DNA of 64,000 nt from Bacteriovoracia bacterium. GTDB lineage: Bacteria; Bdellovibrionota; UBA1018; CAIPTA01. The stretch lies in assembly GCA_050246755.1 (NCBI GenBank), contig JBFWVL010000001.1, positions 1,036,611 through 1,100,610 of the forward strand, given 5' to 3'. Positions 28,623 through 38,870 of this stretch are shown in pieces. The notes beneath the pieces are model-generated. The model was not told the origin of the DNA, did not search any database, and was given only the letters and a program-made list of their open reading frames with translations. How positions within the stretch are numbered: position 1 is the first letter of the stretch; each line of letters begins with the position of its first letter. Made by a program: the position numbers and the translations under genes.

Positions 28623-29899
28623 ATCGCTTGGTCGTAAAGTAGTACCTTACCCCTTGCGGACATACTCGGCATTTGTTCCTTTACGGTAATTGCGCTGCCG
28701 GATTCGTGAAAAAAGCGATCCATAGAAAGCGATCCCTCATTGCAAGGCATCCAAAGCTCGGTAGCGCCGGCACGCTCCAGGCCAGCGGCATTAGCTACGA
28801 TTGCCCCGATATCATGCAGACGTCCAAAATTAATATAGGAACGGTAGGAACTCACCATTACCGCAAAGATTGCCAGCAACGAAAGCCAAATCCCGGCAGG
28901 AATTTTTTTCAAATACCAGAAACCAAGCTGAACGATTAAAGCGGCATACAGAGGAGTAATCACCGACTGTACATAGCCCTGAATGCCCCAAGGTAAAAAC
29001 AATACGAGGAAGGCACTTACTCCGGCCAACGGTATGAGCAGCTCCGGACTTTCCCAAACTGTACTCCAATTCGCGGCGATCCAAACAAGGGCGGCAAAAA
29101 TTGGAACTAAGAAAAGTGCGCCATGCACCGAAAGTAAATTAGGTATGATTTTCCCGGCGCTATATTGGCGCGTATACCCGCCACGGCTGGATATATAAGC
29201 AAAGGATAAAACCATTCCTATTCCCAGGGCCATCAATAAAAAGGATTCCACCCACGCTCGGGACTCCCCTTTTTTAAGTCTAGGCGCCGCCGCCGCCAGA
29301 TAGGCCATGAAAGCCACGCAGTAATGGATAGCGAAAGAAGCTTTTACACAAGCTCCGAAACAAATCCAAGCCAGTGCCACGATCCAAAAACTCCATGTTT
29401 TCCAACGCTCACGGTTCCAGCAGTGCCAGGTAAGGCCCGCCCCCGCGAGTAGAATCATTTTTTCCTGAAGGCTCGGGTGCTGCAACAAATCATGGCCATA
29501 GAAAAAAGCGGCCGAACCGAGAAGAATAGGAACTATGGAAATTTTTAGAATACGGGCCAATACCGCGGAGTAAAGCCAGATCACCGAAAGTACAATTAGA
29601 GCATTCCAAGCAAAAGTGACCCAGGATGCAGTGGCCATGCCTGGCGCATAAATTAGATAAACCATTGGTGGATAAGTTGGGCGAAACATCCCCCACCCAA
29701 GGTCCCCCACACCATAAATCCAAGCAAAACGGAAAATGCCTGCGTCGCGCATTCTTGGCACCATATAAAATAAATTGGTCACGTCGTCCATCAACCCCCA
29801 ATGAGGGCGCAGGATGAAAATGGACAGAAGTATCACGACCGGTATTAGCCAAACACAGATTCGCGGAATATATTTTTCTAAGAAAATCGTGAGCTTCAA
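28517..29899 (-). CDS. Polytopic membrane protein with a C-terminal soluble domain (GT-C-like architecture), hypothetical
   Basis: About 11 TM helices followed by about 100 aa soluble tail. Confidence 0.45.
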   Translation of the reverse strand: MKLTIFLEKYIPRICVWLIPVVILLSIFILRPHWGLMDDVTNLFYMVPRMRDAGIFRFAWIYGVGDLGWGMFRPTYPPMVYLIYAPGMATASWVTFAWNALIVLSVIWLYSAVLARILKISIVPILLGSAAFFYGHDLLQHPSLQEKMILLAGAGLTWHCWNRERWKTWSFWIVALAWICFGACVKASFAIHYCVAFMAYLAAAAPRLKKGESRAWVESFLLMALGIGMVLSFAYISSRGGYTRQYSAGKIIPNLLSVHGALFLVPIFAALVWIAANWSTVWESPELLIPLAGVSAFLVLFLPWGIQGYVQSVITPLYAALIVQLGFWYLKKIPAGIWLSLLAIFAVMVSSYRSYINFGRLHDIGAIVANAAGLERAGATELWMPCNEGSLSMDRFFHESGSAITVKEQMPSMSARGKVLLYDQAMCPLPGRTALPADCLNPESIQPGLFPKSYQVLRCH

Positions 29900-29925
29900 G
29901 GGAACTCTTTCGTAAAGCGGAAAAA

Positions 29926-30942
29926 TTATACTCTATAATACTGCCGGTACCAGGCCACGAACTTCTTCACGCCGTCTTCGATGGAAGTGGCGGGCTTAAA
30001 ACCCACGTCGCGCACCAGATCTTCTACGTCAGCAAAAGTTTCGGGCACGTCACCCGGCTGAAGAGGCATAAGATTCTTAATGGCTTTCTTTCCCACTGCT
30101 TTTTCGATCGCCTCAATAAAGTGCATTAAATCCACGGGCTGATTGTTGCCGATATTATAGAGGCGGTAGGGAGCTGTGCTGGTGGCAGGATCCGGCGCAT
30201 TGGAATCCCAATTGGCATTTGGAGCAGCCACTTTATCCAAAGCGCGTACCAGGCCCTCCACGATATCTTCCACAAAAGTAAAATCGCGGCGCATGTTCCC
30301 GCCATTGAAAACATCGATTGGCCTTCCTTCGAGAATGGCCTTTGTGAAAAGGAAAAGCGCCATGTCCGGGCGCCCCCATGGGCCGTAGACCGTAAAAAAC
30401 CGCAGGCCCGTGACCGGCAAGCGATATAAATGAGCGTAGGTATGAGCCATAAGCTCATTCGCTTTTTTGGTGGCGGCGTATAGCGAAATGGGATGATCCA
30501 CGTTCTGATGCACCGAAAAGGGCAGCGAGGTGTGAGCACCATAAACAGAGGAAGTAGAGGCATATACCAGGTGCTGCACTTTATGGTGCCGGCAGCCTTC
30601 AAGAATATGCAGAAAGCCGGTAATGTTGCTGTCCACATATACGTGCGGGTTAGTGATCGAGTAGCGTACGCCCGCCTGAGCGGCCAGATGAACCACACGA
30701 TCGAAATTTCCTTCACTTAATATCGTATCTATGGCCACGCGATCCGCGAGATCGGCTTTATGGAAACGGAAATTTTTCATGCCTAAAAGCTGGGCCAGAC
30801 GCGCCTGCTTGAGTGAGACGTCATAGTAGTCATTGATATTATCGAGGCCGACCACTTCGTCGCCGCGCGCCAAGAGACGCTGACTCACGTGGAAACCAAT
30901 AAAACCCGCGGCGCCGGTAACCAATACCTTCATAGCCGCCAA
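29926..30942 (-). CDS. NAD-dependent UDP-uronate 4-epimerase (CapI / UDP-glucuronate 4-epimerase family)
   Basis: [46 protein letters not shown], characteristic of the CapI/GAE family. Confidence 0.8.
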   Translation of the reverse strand: MAAMKVLVTGAAGFIGFHVSQRLLARGDEVVGLDNINDYYDVSLKQARLAQLLGMKNFRFHKADLADRVAIDTILSEGNFDRVVHLAAQAGVRYSITNPHVYVDSNITGFLHILEGCRHHKVQHLVYASTSSVYGAHTSLPFSVHQNVDHPISLYAATKKANELMAHTYAHLYRLPVTGLRFFTVYGPWGRPDMALFLFTKAILEGRPIDVFNGGNMRRDFTFVEDIVEGLVRALDKVAAPNANWDSNAPDPATSTAPYRLYNIGNNQPVDLMHFIEAIEKAVGKKAIKNLMPLQPGDVPETFADVEDLVRDVGFKPATSIEDGVKKFVAWYRQYYRV

Positions 30943-32246
30943 ACCTCGAACCCGAGCTTACCAAGAGTTTCGCGGTCGAAAGCGGCCTTTACGTCCATAA
31001 AAGGAGCGTGAGGACCGGCAAGCTTCGCGAGGGCTGCCAATTCGATTCCTAAAATTTGTTTGTGAGAAACTGCAGCCACGATGGCTTCATATTTAGGCTG
31101 GCTCTGCCAATCGACGAGGTCCACGCCGTATTCATGCTTGGCCTCAGCTTTATCGGCCACGGGATCCCAGACGTGAACCTTGAGGCCGTAACTCTGAAGC
31201 TCCGCGATCACGTCGATTACTTTGGAGTTCCGTAAATCGGCGCAATTTTCCTTAAAGGTGATCCCCATTACGAGCACGGGGGCTCCCTGAATGGAGCGGC
31301 CATTTCGGCTCATGCTCTTCACGGTTTGTTCCGCGATAAAAGCCCCCACTCCGTCATTAATGCGACGGCCAGCCAATATCACTTGCGGATGATAGCCAAG
31401 CATCTCGGCCTTATGGGTCAGGTAATAAGGATCTACGCCGATGCAATGGCCGCCAACGAGGCCGGGGCGAAACGGAAGAAAATTCCACTTAGTGCTCGCC
31501 GTCTTAATTACGTCGCTGGTATCGATTCCCATGCGGTGAAAAATAATCGCTAGTTCATTCATTAGGGCGATATTGAGATCGCGTTGGGTATTTTCAATTA
31601 CCTTGGCAGCCTCGGCCACCTTGATACTGGCGGCCTTAAATACTCCGGCTTCAATTACCTGGCCGTAAAGCCAGGCTACCTGTTCGAGGGTGGCCGCATC
31701 CTGCCCCGATACCACTTTCACAATTCTCTCGAGAGTATGCTCTTTATCTCCGGGATTAATTCTTTCAGGAGAATATCCCACGGTAAAATCACGGCCGCAT
31801 TTCAATCCGGAATGCTTCTCCAACAAGGGCACACAATAGTCTTCGGTCACGCCGGGGTATACCGTGGATTCGTAAATCACGATGGCACCCTTTTTGAGGT
31901 TTTTCCCTACCGTAGCGCTTGCCCCGTCCAGGGGGGAAAGATCAGGGCGTTTCGCCTCGTCGATCGGAGTGGGCACGGCCACCACCACAAAATCGGCCTT
32001 CTTTAATTCGGCTGGGTCGGTAGTATAAACAATTTGTTTTGCCGCCTGAAATTTTTCAGAATCCATTTCACCGGTTGGATCTATGCCTTTTCGGTAGGCA
32101 TTGATCTTCGATTCGGAAAGATCGAAGCCAATGGTGTTCATTTTGCGGCCGAAGCCAAGGGCGAGGGGTAAGCCCACGTATCCTAGGCCAAGAACTGCTA
32201 CGGTTTTTTGGGGGGTCATGGATAGCCTCCGCGCAGACCATACCAC
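30930..32246 (-). CDS. UDP-N-acetyl-D-glucosamine (or galactosamine) 6-dehydrogenase, TviB/WbpO/WbpA/Cap5O family
   Basis: Long colinear identity to Tvi[92 protein letters not shown]. Confidence 0.9.
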   Translation of the reverse strand: MVWSARRLSMTPQKTVAVLGLGYVGLPLALGFGRKMNTIGFDLSESKINAYRKGIDPTGEMDSEKFQAAKQIVYTTDPAELKKADFVVVAVPTPIDEAKRPDLSPLDGASATVGKNLKKGAIVIYESTVYPGVTEDYCVPLLEKHSGLKCGRDFTVGYSPERINPGDKEHTLERIVKVVSGQDAATLEQVAWLYGQVIEAGVFKAASIKVAEAAKVIENTQRDLNIALMNELAIIFHRMGIDTSDVIKTASTKWNFLPFRPGLVGGHCIGVDPYYLTHKAEMLGYHPQVILAGRRINDGVGAFIAEQTVKSMSRNGRSIQGAPVLVMGITFKENCADLRNSKVIDVIAELQSYGLKVHVWDPVADKAEAKHEYGVDLVDWQSQPKYEAIVAAVSHKQILGIELAALAKLAGPHAPFMDVKAAFDRETLGKLGFEVWRL

Positions 32247-32261
32247 AGCGGAATCTTCTTA

Positions 32262-34703
32262 TCAGCCCGATCTCGCAGGGAAAAGGGGGCGTGGCGTCAT
32301 CCTGCGAGATAAGAAAAGGCCAGCCAGCCCAGCCAGAAAACTCAGCGCCGAAATCAATAAACCAATACGGTAAGAGGCGGGCTCAAACCGGAACACCAAT
32401 TCCCCGCCCCCAGCGGGCACCTCCACGCCTCGCAAAGCGTAGTTTGCCCGAAAAATAGCCACTGGCTTCCCGTTAAGCTCAGCGCTCCAACCGGGATAAA
32501 ACGATTCGCTAGCCACGAAAATCCCTGCCTGCTTGTTTGTTAGGCGATACCTGGAGCGCTCAAAGTCGCTGCCGAGAAACTCGGCGTCTCCGGGAGCAAG
32601 CCCCTTTTGAGGACCTATGCTTGGGGCATTCTCGAGCCACGGTCTATCAGAGTTCGGGCCTTCTCCCTTGGCAACTCTTTCCCGGCTTTCGGCATAGGAA
32701 ATCAGCTCGAAATCATAAAATACCTGGCCCCGCTCGCGAACGAGGCGATTTTCGTAGATCGCGACCGCGCCCAAATGGCGTAGAATCAAGTGCGGGCTAA
32801 CCAGGGGCGGATCGGGGTTGGTCAAAATATAGCGAACATTCTGGGAACCGAGCGCCTCATAGTTGGAAAGCGGCGCGGGGAGGTCATAAGCTACCGCGGG
32901 ACGGATTCCATCGAAGCCCTCGATGGTGGCATAGCCGAAAAAGTAATTGGAATTTGAAGGAATGATCTGCTTTTCTTTGCCGATTCCGTGAAGATCGTTC
33001 ACAGTAGCGCGAAAACGGTAGGCCGAACTCTCCTTCATAAAAAAGTCGGAAATCTCATTTTCTGGAAAAATAGGAAACTTATTCAGATCATGAAAACCAT
33101 GCCAACTGTGCGCAAAAATACCGGCCTGGGCTAAAGTGAGAAACAAGGCGCACGCGCTAAAAATACGATCCTCAATTTTTCGGTGGCCCCATAAAAGACA
33201 GATCCCCACCGCGATTCCGGTGAGAGCTAGCGGAATATTGTATTCCCAGGAATTCAGCGACCAATGGCGTACCGCCGCCTCCGCCCTCTCTAGCATCCAT
33301 CCGGGGTTGCGCGACCCGAGCGTGGACTGTTCCATTCGCGCGAGCACAAAATTACGGGCTTTCGTCTCCAGCCAGCCGGGCTTCAGCCATACCAGAGCTC
33401 TTAGTGCGGCGCCGCCTGCGAACAAAGCCAAGGTCAAACCCATCGCCCATCGGCTTATGCGCAGAAAAAAATCGCGCCTCGCCCCGCCGGACAGAAACTC
33501 AAAACCTACTCCAGCCAGAAGCGCCACCCCACAAAGATAAACCGCAAAGAATCGGAAATAGAAATACCGGTCCAAGGGAGTAAGCACCGGAATCGCAATT
33601 CCTCCGATTGCCAGAGCCCAGCATCCCCAAAAGGCCGGTGGCTGCTCCTTGAGCCGGCCGGAAGAAATCCCCAAAAGCAGGGGAATGGTTCCCAGGAAGA
33701 GAGAAAAATCCTGTAGGTGGGACCGCGCCAGTTTCGCCAAATCCATCGTTCGCACGGTGCCTATTTCTTGGGGAAAAAAAGCTGCCACAAGCAGGGGCAA
33801 GCTGAAAATTCGCTCTAGCAAATTTTTTCCGTAGTAGACTCCCGACACCCTCGATCCGCCTTTGGCCAAATCGGCTAAAAAGTATTCCATTTGCGGCAGC
33901 CACATGACGGCGGAGAAAAGAAAGGCCAGGAACAATACTGCAAATCCGATTCCCACCGCGCTAGCGAGGCTTGCCCATTTCCCATGACGCCACCCCGAAA
34001 CTGCGAGAAAAATTCCCAGCGCCAATATCAGCGCCGCCGAGCTCTGAAGAAAACCATCGAGAAATGCCAGAGCGAGAAAAACGGCGCACCCAAAAATCGC
34101 GTGAAAAGAAAATCTTTCCTGGCAGCGCTTGGCGAAAAGCAAAACGAAGGGAAACCACGCGTAAGGCGCATGCAACCACCACCGCAAAAGTAGCGTGATA
34201 AAAATGCTGGAAAACATATAAGACAAGCCGGCCAGGAGCGCAGCGCGATTGCGTATCCCGAAATCTTTGGCAAAAGAGAACATCGCGATACCAGCAATCC
34301 AAAGCGACAAGAGAAGCTTAAACGGATAGGTGAACTCGAGCGGACCCAGCATGAGAACCCAGTTCAGAGGCGAAAAATGCGATGCGTAGGTATTCGCATA
34401 AACCGCCAACCCGCCGAAAATTTCTGGCACCCAATAGGGCCGATAAAGATGGGCTTTCGCACCCGCTTCGTAGAGGTAATAAAACTTAAAAATATCGTCG
34501 TCGAAATGATTGAAAGGACTGAATTGCGGAAAGTTCTCCGCAAATGGCTTGTAAGACATCAAATAGCTATCGACCGGAAGAAAGCTTAAACCCTTCAAAA
34601 AAAATGGGTTGAACACGAGAAAAATGGCCGAAGCATAGAGAAGGGTAGCCCCTAAATAAGGTTTCAGCAAAAGAAGCCGTAGGCGCAGAGAAGGGGGAAG
34701 CAA
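32262..34703 (-). CDS. YfhO-family polytopic membrane protein (GT-C fold glycosyltransferase candidate)
   Basis: 813 aa, multi-TM N-terminal region. The C-terminus SESFYPGWSAELNGKPVAIFRANYALRGVEVPAGGGELVFRFEP matches the YfhO signature. Confidence 0.65.
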   Translation of the reverse strand: MLPPSLRLRLLLLKPYLGATLLYASAIFLVFNPFFLKGLSFLPVDSYLMSYKPFAENFPQFSPFNHFDDDIFKFYYLYEAGAKAHLYRPYWVPEIFGGLAVYANTYASHFSPLNWVLMLGPLEFTYPFKLLLSLWIAGIAMFSFAKDFGIRNRAALLAGLSYMFSSIFITLLLRWWLHAPYAWFPFVLLFAKRCQERFSFHAIFGCAVFLALAFLDGFLQSSAALILALGIFLAVSGWRHGKWASLASAVGIGFAVLFLAFLFSAVMWLPQMEYFLADLAKGGSRVSGVYYGKNLLERIFSLPLLVAAFFPQEIGTVRTMDLAKLARSHLQDFSLFLGTIPLLLGISSGRLKEQPPAFWGCWALAIGGIAIPVLTPLDRYFYFRFFAVYLCGVALLAGVGFEFLSGGARRDFFLRISRWAMGLTLALFAGGAALRALVWLKPGWLETKARNFVLARMEQSTLGSRNPGWMLERAEAAVRHWSLNSWEYNIPLALTGIAVGICLLWGHRKIEDRIFSACALFLTLAQAGIFAHSWHGFHDLNKFPIFPENEISDFFMKESSAYRFRATVNDLHGIGKEKQIIPSNSNYFFGYATIEGFDGIRPAVAYDLPAPLSNYEALGSQNVRYILTNPDPPLVSPHLILRHLGAVAIYENRLVRERGQVFYDFELISYAESRERVAKGEGPNSDRPWLENAPSIGPQKGLAPGDAEFLGSDFERSRYRLTNKQAGIFVASESFYPGWSAELNGKPVAIFRANYALRGVEVPAGGGELVFRFEPASYRIGLLISALSFLAGLAGLFLSRRMTPRPLFPARSG

Positions 34704-34813
34704 AAACGATTTCTCCTTTGTTTACCGACGAGACAATAGTCTCATTTTCTTTTCGAAAAAATCTCTATATTGTAGGGAAACCACGCCCATTACTGAACGA
34801 ATAGACACAAAAA

Positions 34814-35566
34814 ATGACGCCCAACAGCACCCCTGAGCCATCCCCCCGCGCTTTTCCGAATATGGAGGTGCCCACGCGGGAAATGATGGATTTCAAACAA
34901 AAGATTCTGCACCGCTCTTGGGTAAACCGTGAAGCTTATTTGCTAAGCCGCTGCCGTGACTTCAAAAATATTCTCCACGTAGGTTGTTCCGATGCCCCCT
35001 TTACCGAGCCTCTCCTGAAATCGGGAAAACTTTTACATCCAAAAATTCTTCAAATTAAGCCGAATTCGGTCGGCTTCGACCAAAACGCGAATGGGGTCCA
35101 ACGATTACAGCGCGCTTGCCCAGACGGCACCTTCCAAAAAGGCGATTTCGAAGCTATCGACGTTTATTTTTCGCCCGGTGGCTTCGACCTCATCGCGGCT
35201 GGAGAAATTTTGGAAAAGCTCTCAAACCCCGGCGCTTTCCTGGAAGCCTGCGCCAAACTACTGCGCCCCGACGGAGTACTGCTGCTTACCGTACCCAGCG
35301 CTTTCGGCCTACGCCGTTACGTGCATAATATTTTAGGGGTGGAGAACTGCCACCCGGAACATACTTTTTACTTTAGCGAAAAAACGATCCTTACGTTGGC
35401 CAAGCGCCATAAATTCTCCGTTTTTCGCAGCCACTACTATCGGTCTCCGCACAGCGAGTCCTGGTTAAAGCGTGCGCTTTACACCTGCGTAGAAACCATC
35501 CCCGCGTATATTTTAGGCAGCCACTTTCTCGACGGAATCGTAATCGAGCTAAAAAAGCAAATTTAG
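34814..35566 (+). CDS. Class I SAM-dependent methyltransferase
   Basis: ILHVGCSDAPFTE motif I region, acidic motif II. Confidence 0.65.
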   Translation: MTPNSTPEPSPRAFPNMEVPTREMMDFKQKILHRSWVNREAYLLSRCRDFKNILHVGCSDAPFTEPLLKSGKLLHPKILQIKPNSVGFDQNANGVQRLQRACPDGTFQKGDFEAIDVYFSPGGFDLIAAGEILEKLSNPGAFLEACAKLLRPDGVLLLTVPSAFGLRRYVHNILGVENCHPEHTFYFSEKTILTLAKRHKFSVFRSHYYRSPHSESWLKRALYTCVETIPAYILGSHFLDGIVIELKKQI

Positions 35567-35580
35567 GGTAGTTATTTTTT

Positions 35581-36714
35581 ATGTTTCGTCCCAGCCTTGC
35601 CCTCGTATGGGCCTTCTTATCCACCTTGAGCGCTGCTAGCTCCACGCTAATTTATTTATACCTTGCTCACGGCCAGCCCTGGGCCCCGGGCTTTATCCAA
35701 CTTTATTCTTCGCTTGGAATCGTGGCTGGGTGGTTAAATGCGTTAATTTATTTTCTCGCCCCGCGCACTATTTTTTTCCAGACACGCAAGGCGGCACTTT
35801 TCTTTTTCTTCGCGGCCCTCCTAATGGCGAGCACGATTTACGCAAAAATTTTCCACCAAGAGCTAAGCTGGGAAAAACTCTGTTTCCTGGCGACCAGTTT
35901 AATCCCCGTTCTCTACGCAAATGCCTTCGGCATCGAATTTTACGAAGGCAATTATCCTTGGCCCTACAGGCGAATCCTCGCTTTCAATATTTTCATTTTT
36001 TTCGGCGCGATCGGCTCGCTATGCTTCGCGCACGATGAAAGCGGCCTCTATCGCTGGGGGGGCGCCGCCGGTATTCCATTCTTTTGTTTATGGCTATCTG
36101 ACTGCTGGAACCGTATCGATGCGCCGCGAGAAAAATTCGACTCTATTCAACCATGGCTCAACCCGTCTTTGCCAGTGCTCGAGAGAACTCTCTGGGACCA
36201 ATGGGTAGTTTCACGGCTCGACGTCCTAAATTGGAGTTTCGGTATTTATGCATTAGGCCGAGTAGTTACATTCACCGGAAACGTTACTTATTCCTATTTA
36301 ATGGGAACCAATTCGACGGCCTATAAAATAAAACGTCGAGATAATTCCTGGTGGCCATGGGCAGTGATGTTATTAGCAGCTCCAATCGCCGCCGGGGCGG
36401 TGAAATATATTTGGTGCGCTTTTTTACTCGGTCAAATTTTCGCCTGGTTCATCACCGCATTGCTGACTACCGAATACGACTCGGAGAGCTCTTCTTACGG
36501 GAAATACCTATTGATCTGGTTCATGGATCTGACGATTCGCACGGTAGGAATTTTGGTTGCGCAAGACCTGAAAGACTACGCCTCGTTTTTGGTGTTCTCG
36601 AGCGTTACCGGGCTGATTCTTTCACTTCTGCTTCGGCGTAAACAACTGCTAAAGCCGTCCCCAAAAAGAACCAGTACCAAATCCCTCCTTGAGGATTTTC
36701 CAGGCATACGTTGA
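35581..36714 (+). CDS. Polytopic membrane protein, hypothetical
   Basis: About 10 TM helices; no recognisable motif. Confidence 0.45.
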   Translation: MFRPSLALVWAFLSTLSAASSTLIYLYLAHGQPWAPGFIQLYSSLGIVAGWLNALIYFLAPRTIFFQTRKAALFFFFAALLMASTIYAKIFHQELSWEKLCFLATSLIPVLYANAFGIEFYEGNYPWPYRRILAFNIFIFFGAIGSLCFAHDESGLYRWGGAAGIPFFCLWLSDCWNRIDAPREKFDSIQPWLNPSLPVLERTLWDQWVVSRLDVLNWSFGIYALGRVVTFTGNVTYSYLMGTNSTAYKIKRRDNSWWPWAVMLLAAPIAAGAVKYIWCAFLLGQIFAWFITALLTTEYDSESSSYGKYLLIWFMDLTIRTVGILVAQDLKDYASFLVFSSVTGLILSLLLRRKQLLKPSPKRTSTKSLLEDFPGIR

Positions 36715-37999
36715 AGAGCGCGAAAAAATGAAGATTTACCACCGATGCCGCTACCAGCCAGCTAAAATCTGATTTGGGGGAACGAAGGAAAATCCAGCCA
36801 ACCCAGCCGAGCAAACCAGAAAGCAGGAAAAAACCAATCAGCCCCAATCGATTCATGACCGCAAGGAAGCTATTGTGCGGCCCGGAGATCCAGCGCCCAT
36901 CCACCACCGCCGGCAAACCATTGAGCTGCGTCGTCATCATTCTCGTGCCGAAGCCATTTCCTACCCACGGACGCTCGAGAAAACCGTCCCAGGCCTGTTG
37001 CCACAAATGCATCCGAAAAGCCATTAGCGAGGTGGGACTAGCGCTTCCATTTTGGGCAAGATCACCTTTAAAAATAATTCTCCCGATCGAAACCTGGGTT
37101 TCCAGCGGATCTGTGTAAGGAAAAACCTGGTCCAGCAAGAAGAGCATCGCCCGTCCGAACTTCGGCATATTTTCCCTCTGTTTAAGGCTCTCGCTTTGCT
37201 GCCGATGATAAAAAATCGGCTCCTCTCTTGCGGACACATAAAATAGCGTGAGCCCCGCCAATGCAAGACCTAGCAAAAAGGGCCACGTGAGGCGCTTCAG
37301 CAAAGAAGGCCAGTCTTTCCCGGCACGCCAAATCAGCAAAGGCAGCGCAAAAAACAGAACGGAAAAAACCCAGGTACGCTTCATGTAGATCACGAATTGC
37401 GTGAGCCATAAGTGACCGAACGTAAGCGAAATAAGCTCGGGATAGGGTTTGGCCAGTAAAAGATAAACTAAAGGATAGAGCGGAAGAAGAACTTCGTCGC
37501 CCACGGGAAATCCGATTAAACGAGAGTACGTGGACCCGTAAGTTCCCATGAGCAAAAAACCCAGCCAGCCGAAAATCTCCGCCACCGCAATTCCCGAAAA
37601 GCTCACCACCATCAATTTTTTCAGCTCCCTGCCCGAAAATAGAAAAGGAACCAAGAACCAAACGCCCTGGTAGAAAATACAGGTTTGCTTAAGCGATTCT
37701 ATCAGGCCAAATTCCTTTACTTGCCCCGAAGCCACGGAAATCCCCAACCTCACGAATCCCCAAGCCAAAAATGCGCCCAAAAAATAAATCGGCCAGCGGG
37801 ACGATCTTAGAACGTTCTTCCAGTGAAAAACCCGCAGGACCAAGATGGCGGTTAGGGTGGCTTCGGAAATAAAGACGGGAATTGATCCGAGTTTAATATT
37901 CAAATAAGCGAATTGCTTACTGTAGATGGCGATCAAGAAGAAGAATATTCCGAGTAGGAAAAGGGAAATTTGATCGAGCTTCTTTTCCATACTACCCAC
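36605..37999 (-). CDS. O-antigen ligase / Wzy_C-family membrane protein (WaaL-, Wzy- or O-oligosaccharyltransferase-like)
   Basis: Large periplasmic loop with GPHNSFLAVMNRLGLIG (Wzy_C His motif). Confidence 0.6.
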   Translation of the reverse strand: MGSMEKKLDQISLFLLGIFFFLIAIYSKQFAYLNIKLGSIPVFISEATLTAILVLRVFHWKNVLRSSRWPIYFLGAFLAWGFVRLGISVASGQVKEFGLIESLKQTCIFYQGVWFLVPFLFSGRELKKLMVVSFSGIAVAEIFGWLGFLLMGTYGSTYSRLIGFPVGDEVLLPLYPLVYLLLAKPYPELISLTFGHLWLTQFVIYMKRTWVFSVLFFALPLLIWRAGKDWPSLLKRLTWPFLLGLALAGLTLFYVSAREEPIFYHRQQSESLKQRENMPKFGRAMLFLLDQVFPYTDPLETQVSIGRIIFKGDLAQNGSASPTSLMAFRMHLWQQAWDGFLERPWVGNGFGTRMMTTQLNGLPAVVDGRWISGPHNSFLAVMNRLGLIGFFLLSGLLGWVGWIFLRSPKSDFSWLVAASVVNLHFFALFNVCLENPQGGIWYWFFLGTALAVVYAEAEVKESAR

Positions 38000-38852
38000 C
38001 CATAATGGAAAGCCGTAAATGCATCTGGGCTTGGCGCACTAGAACCCAGAGGCTCATGGGTTTCTCTCCCGCTAGCGTACGTAGAATCTCCAGCCTTCGC
38101 CGCCAGGGCATTTTTTCGTCTCTGGCTCCGATCAGGCTGCAATACTCTTCGAAGCTCAATTTTACGTTACCGTAATGGCGACAAAAAACCTGAAAGCTAT
38201 TGGAAAGCTGTAAAGCGCGGTTTTGAAACGAAATACCGCCCCCATGCACACGGTAGTAAAGCATCGGCGCCGGGAGATTTTCAATTCTTAAACCAGCCTT
38301 CGCGATTCTAATCCAAAAATCATAGTCTTCGCAGTGCAGACAGTTTTCGTCGTAGATGAAACCGCGGTCCACTACCGACCTTCGCATCATTACGGTGGGA
38401 TGCAGAAGCGGCGTGGGCAACCATACATTCCTGGCCAGATCGTTTCCGACAGGGCGATTGATCACGGCTCCATGAACCGAATTTTCATCGATCCGGATAG
38501 CAAAGGAGCCGGCGACCGCAGTATCCGGCTCCCGCCGAAAAAACTGCAATTGCCTCTCTAAACGCTGAGGAAAGCAGATGTCGTCGGAATCCATTCTCGC
38601 AATAAATTCGCCCTTCGCCTCTTTAAGTCCCCGATTTAGGGTCCGGATGAGCTTTTGATTCTCCTCGTTTCTGAGATAACGAATCCGAGTATCCCGTAAA
38701 CCGTGAATGATTTCCGGCGAGCGATCGGTAGAACCATCGTCTACGATTAGTAGCTCGAAATCAGTAAACGTCTGCGCCAACACGCTAGAAATCGCTTCCG
38801 CCAGATATTTTTCGGCATTGTAAACGGGCAAAAGCACCGTAACTAAAGGCAT
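37992..38852 (-). CDS. Glycosyltransferase family 2
   Basis: VTVLLPVYNAEKYLAEAISSVLAQT...ARMDSDD. Confidence 0.85.
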   Translation of the reverse strand: MPLVTVLLPVYNAEKYLAEAISSVLAQTFTDFELLIVDDGSTDRSPEIIHGLRDTRIRYLRNEENQKLIRTLNRGLKEAKGEFIARMDSDDICFPQRLERQLQFFRREPDTAVAGSFAIRIDENSVHGAVINRPVGNDLARNVWLPTPLLHPTVMMRRSVVDRGFIYDENCLHCEDYDFWIRIAKAGLRIENLPAPMLYYRVHGGGISFQNRALQLSNSFQVFCRHYGNVKLSFEEYCSLIGARDEKMPWRRRLEILRTLAGEKPMSLWVLVRQAQMHLRLSIMGG

Positions 38853-38870
38853 AGGGATTTTTTACCACAT

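Noticed and set aside
33136-34302. Plus- and minus-frame small ORFs inside the YfhO gene
   Set aside because: They are embedded in a continuous 813-aa reading frame with a family-specific C-terminal signature. They are GC-skew artefacts.
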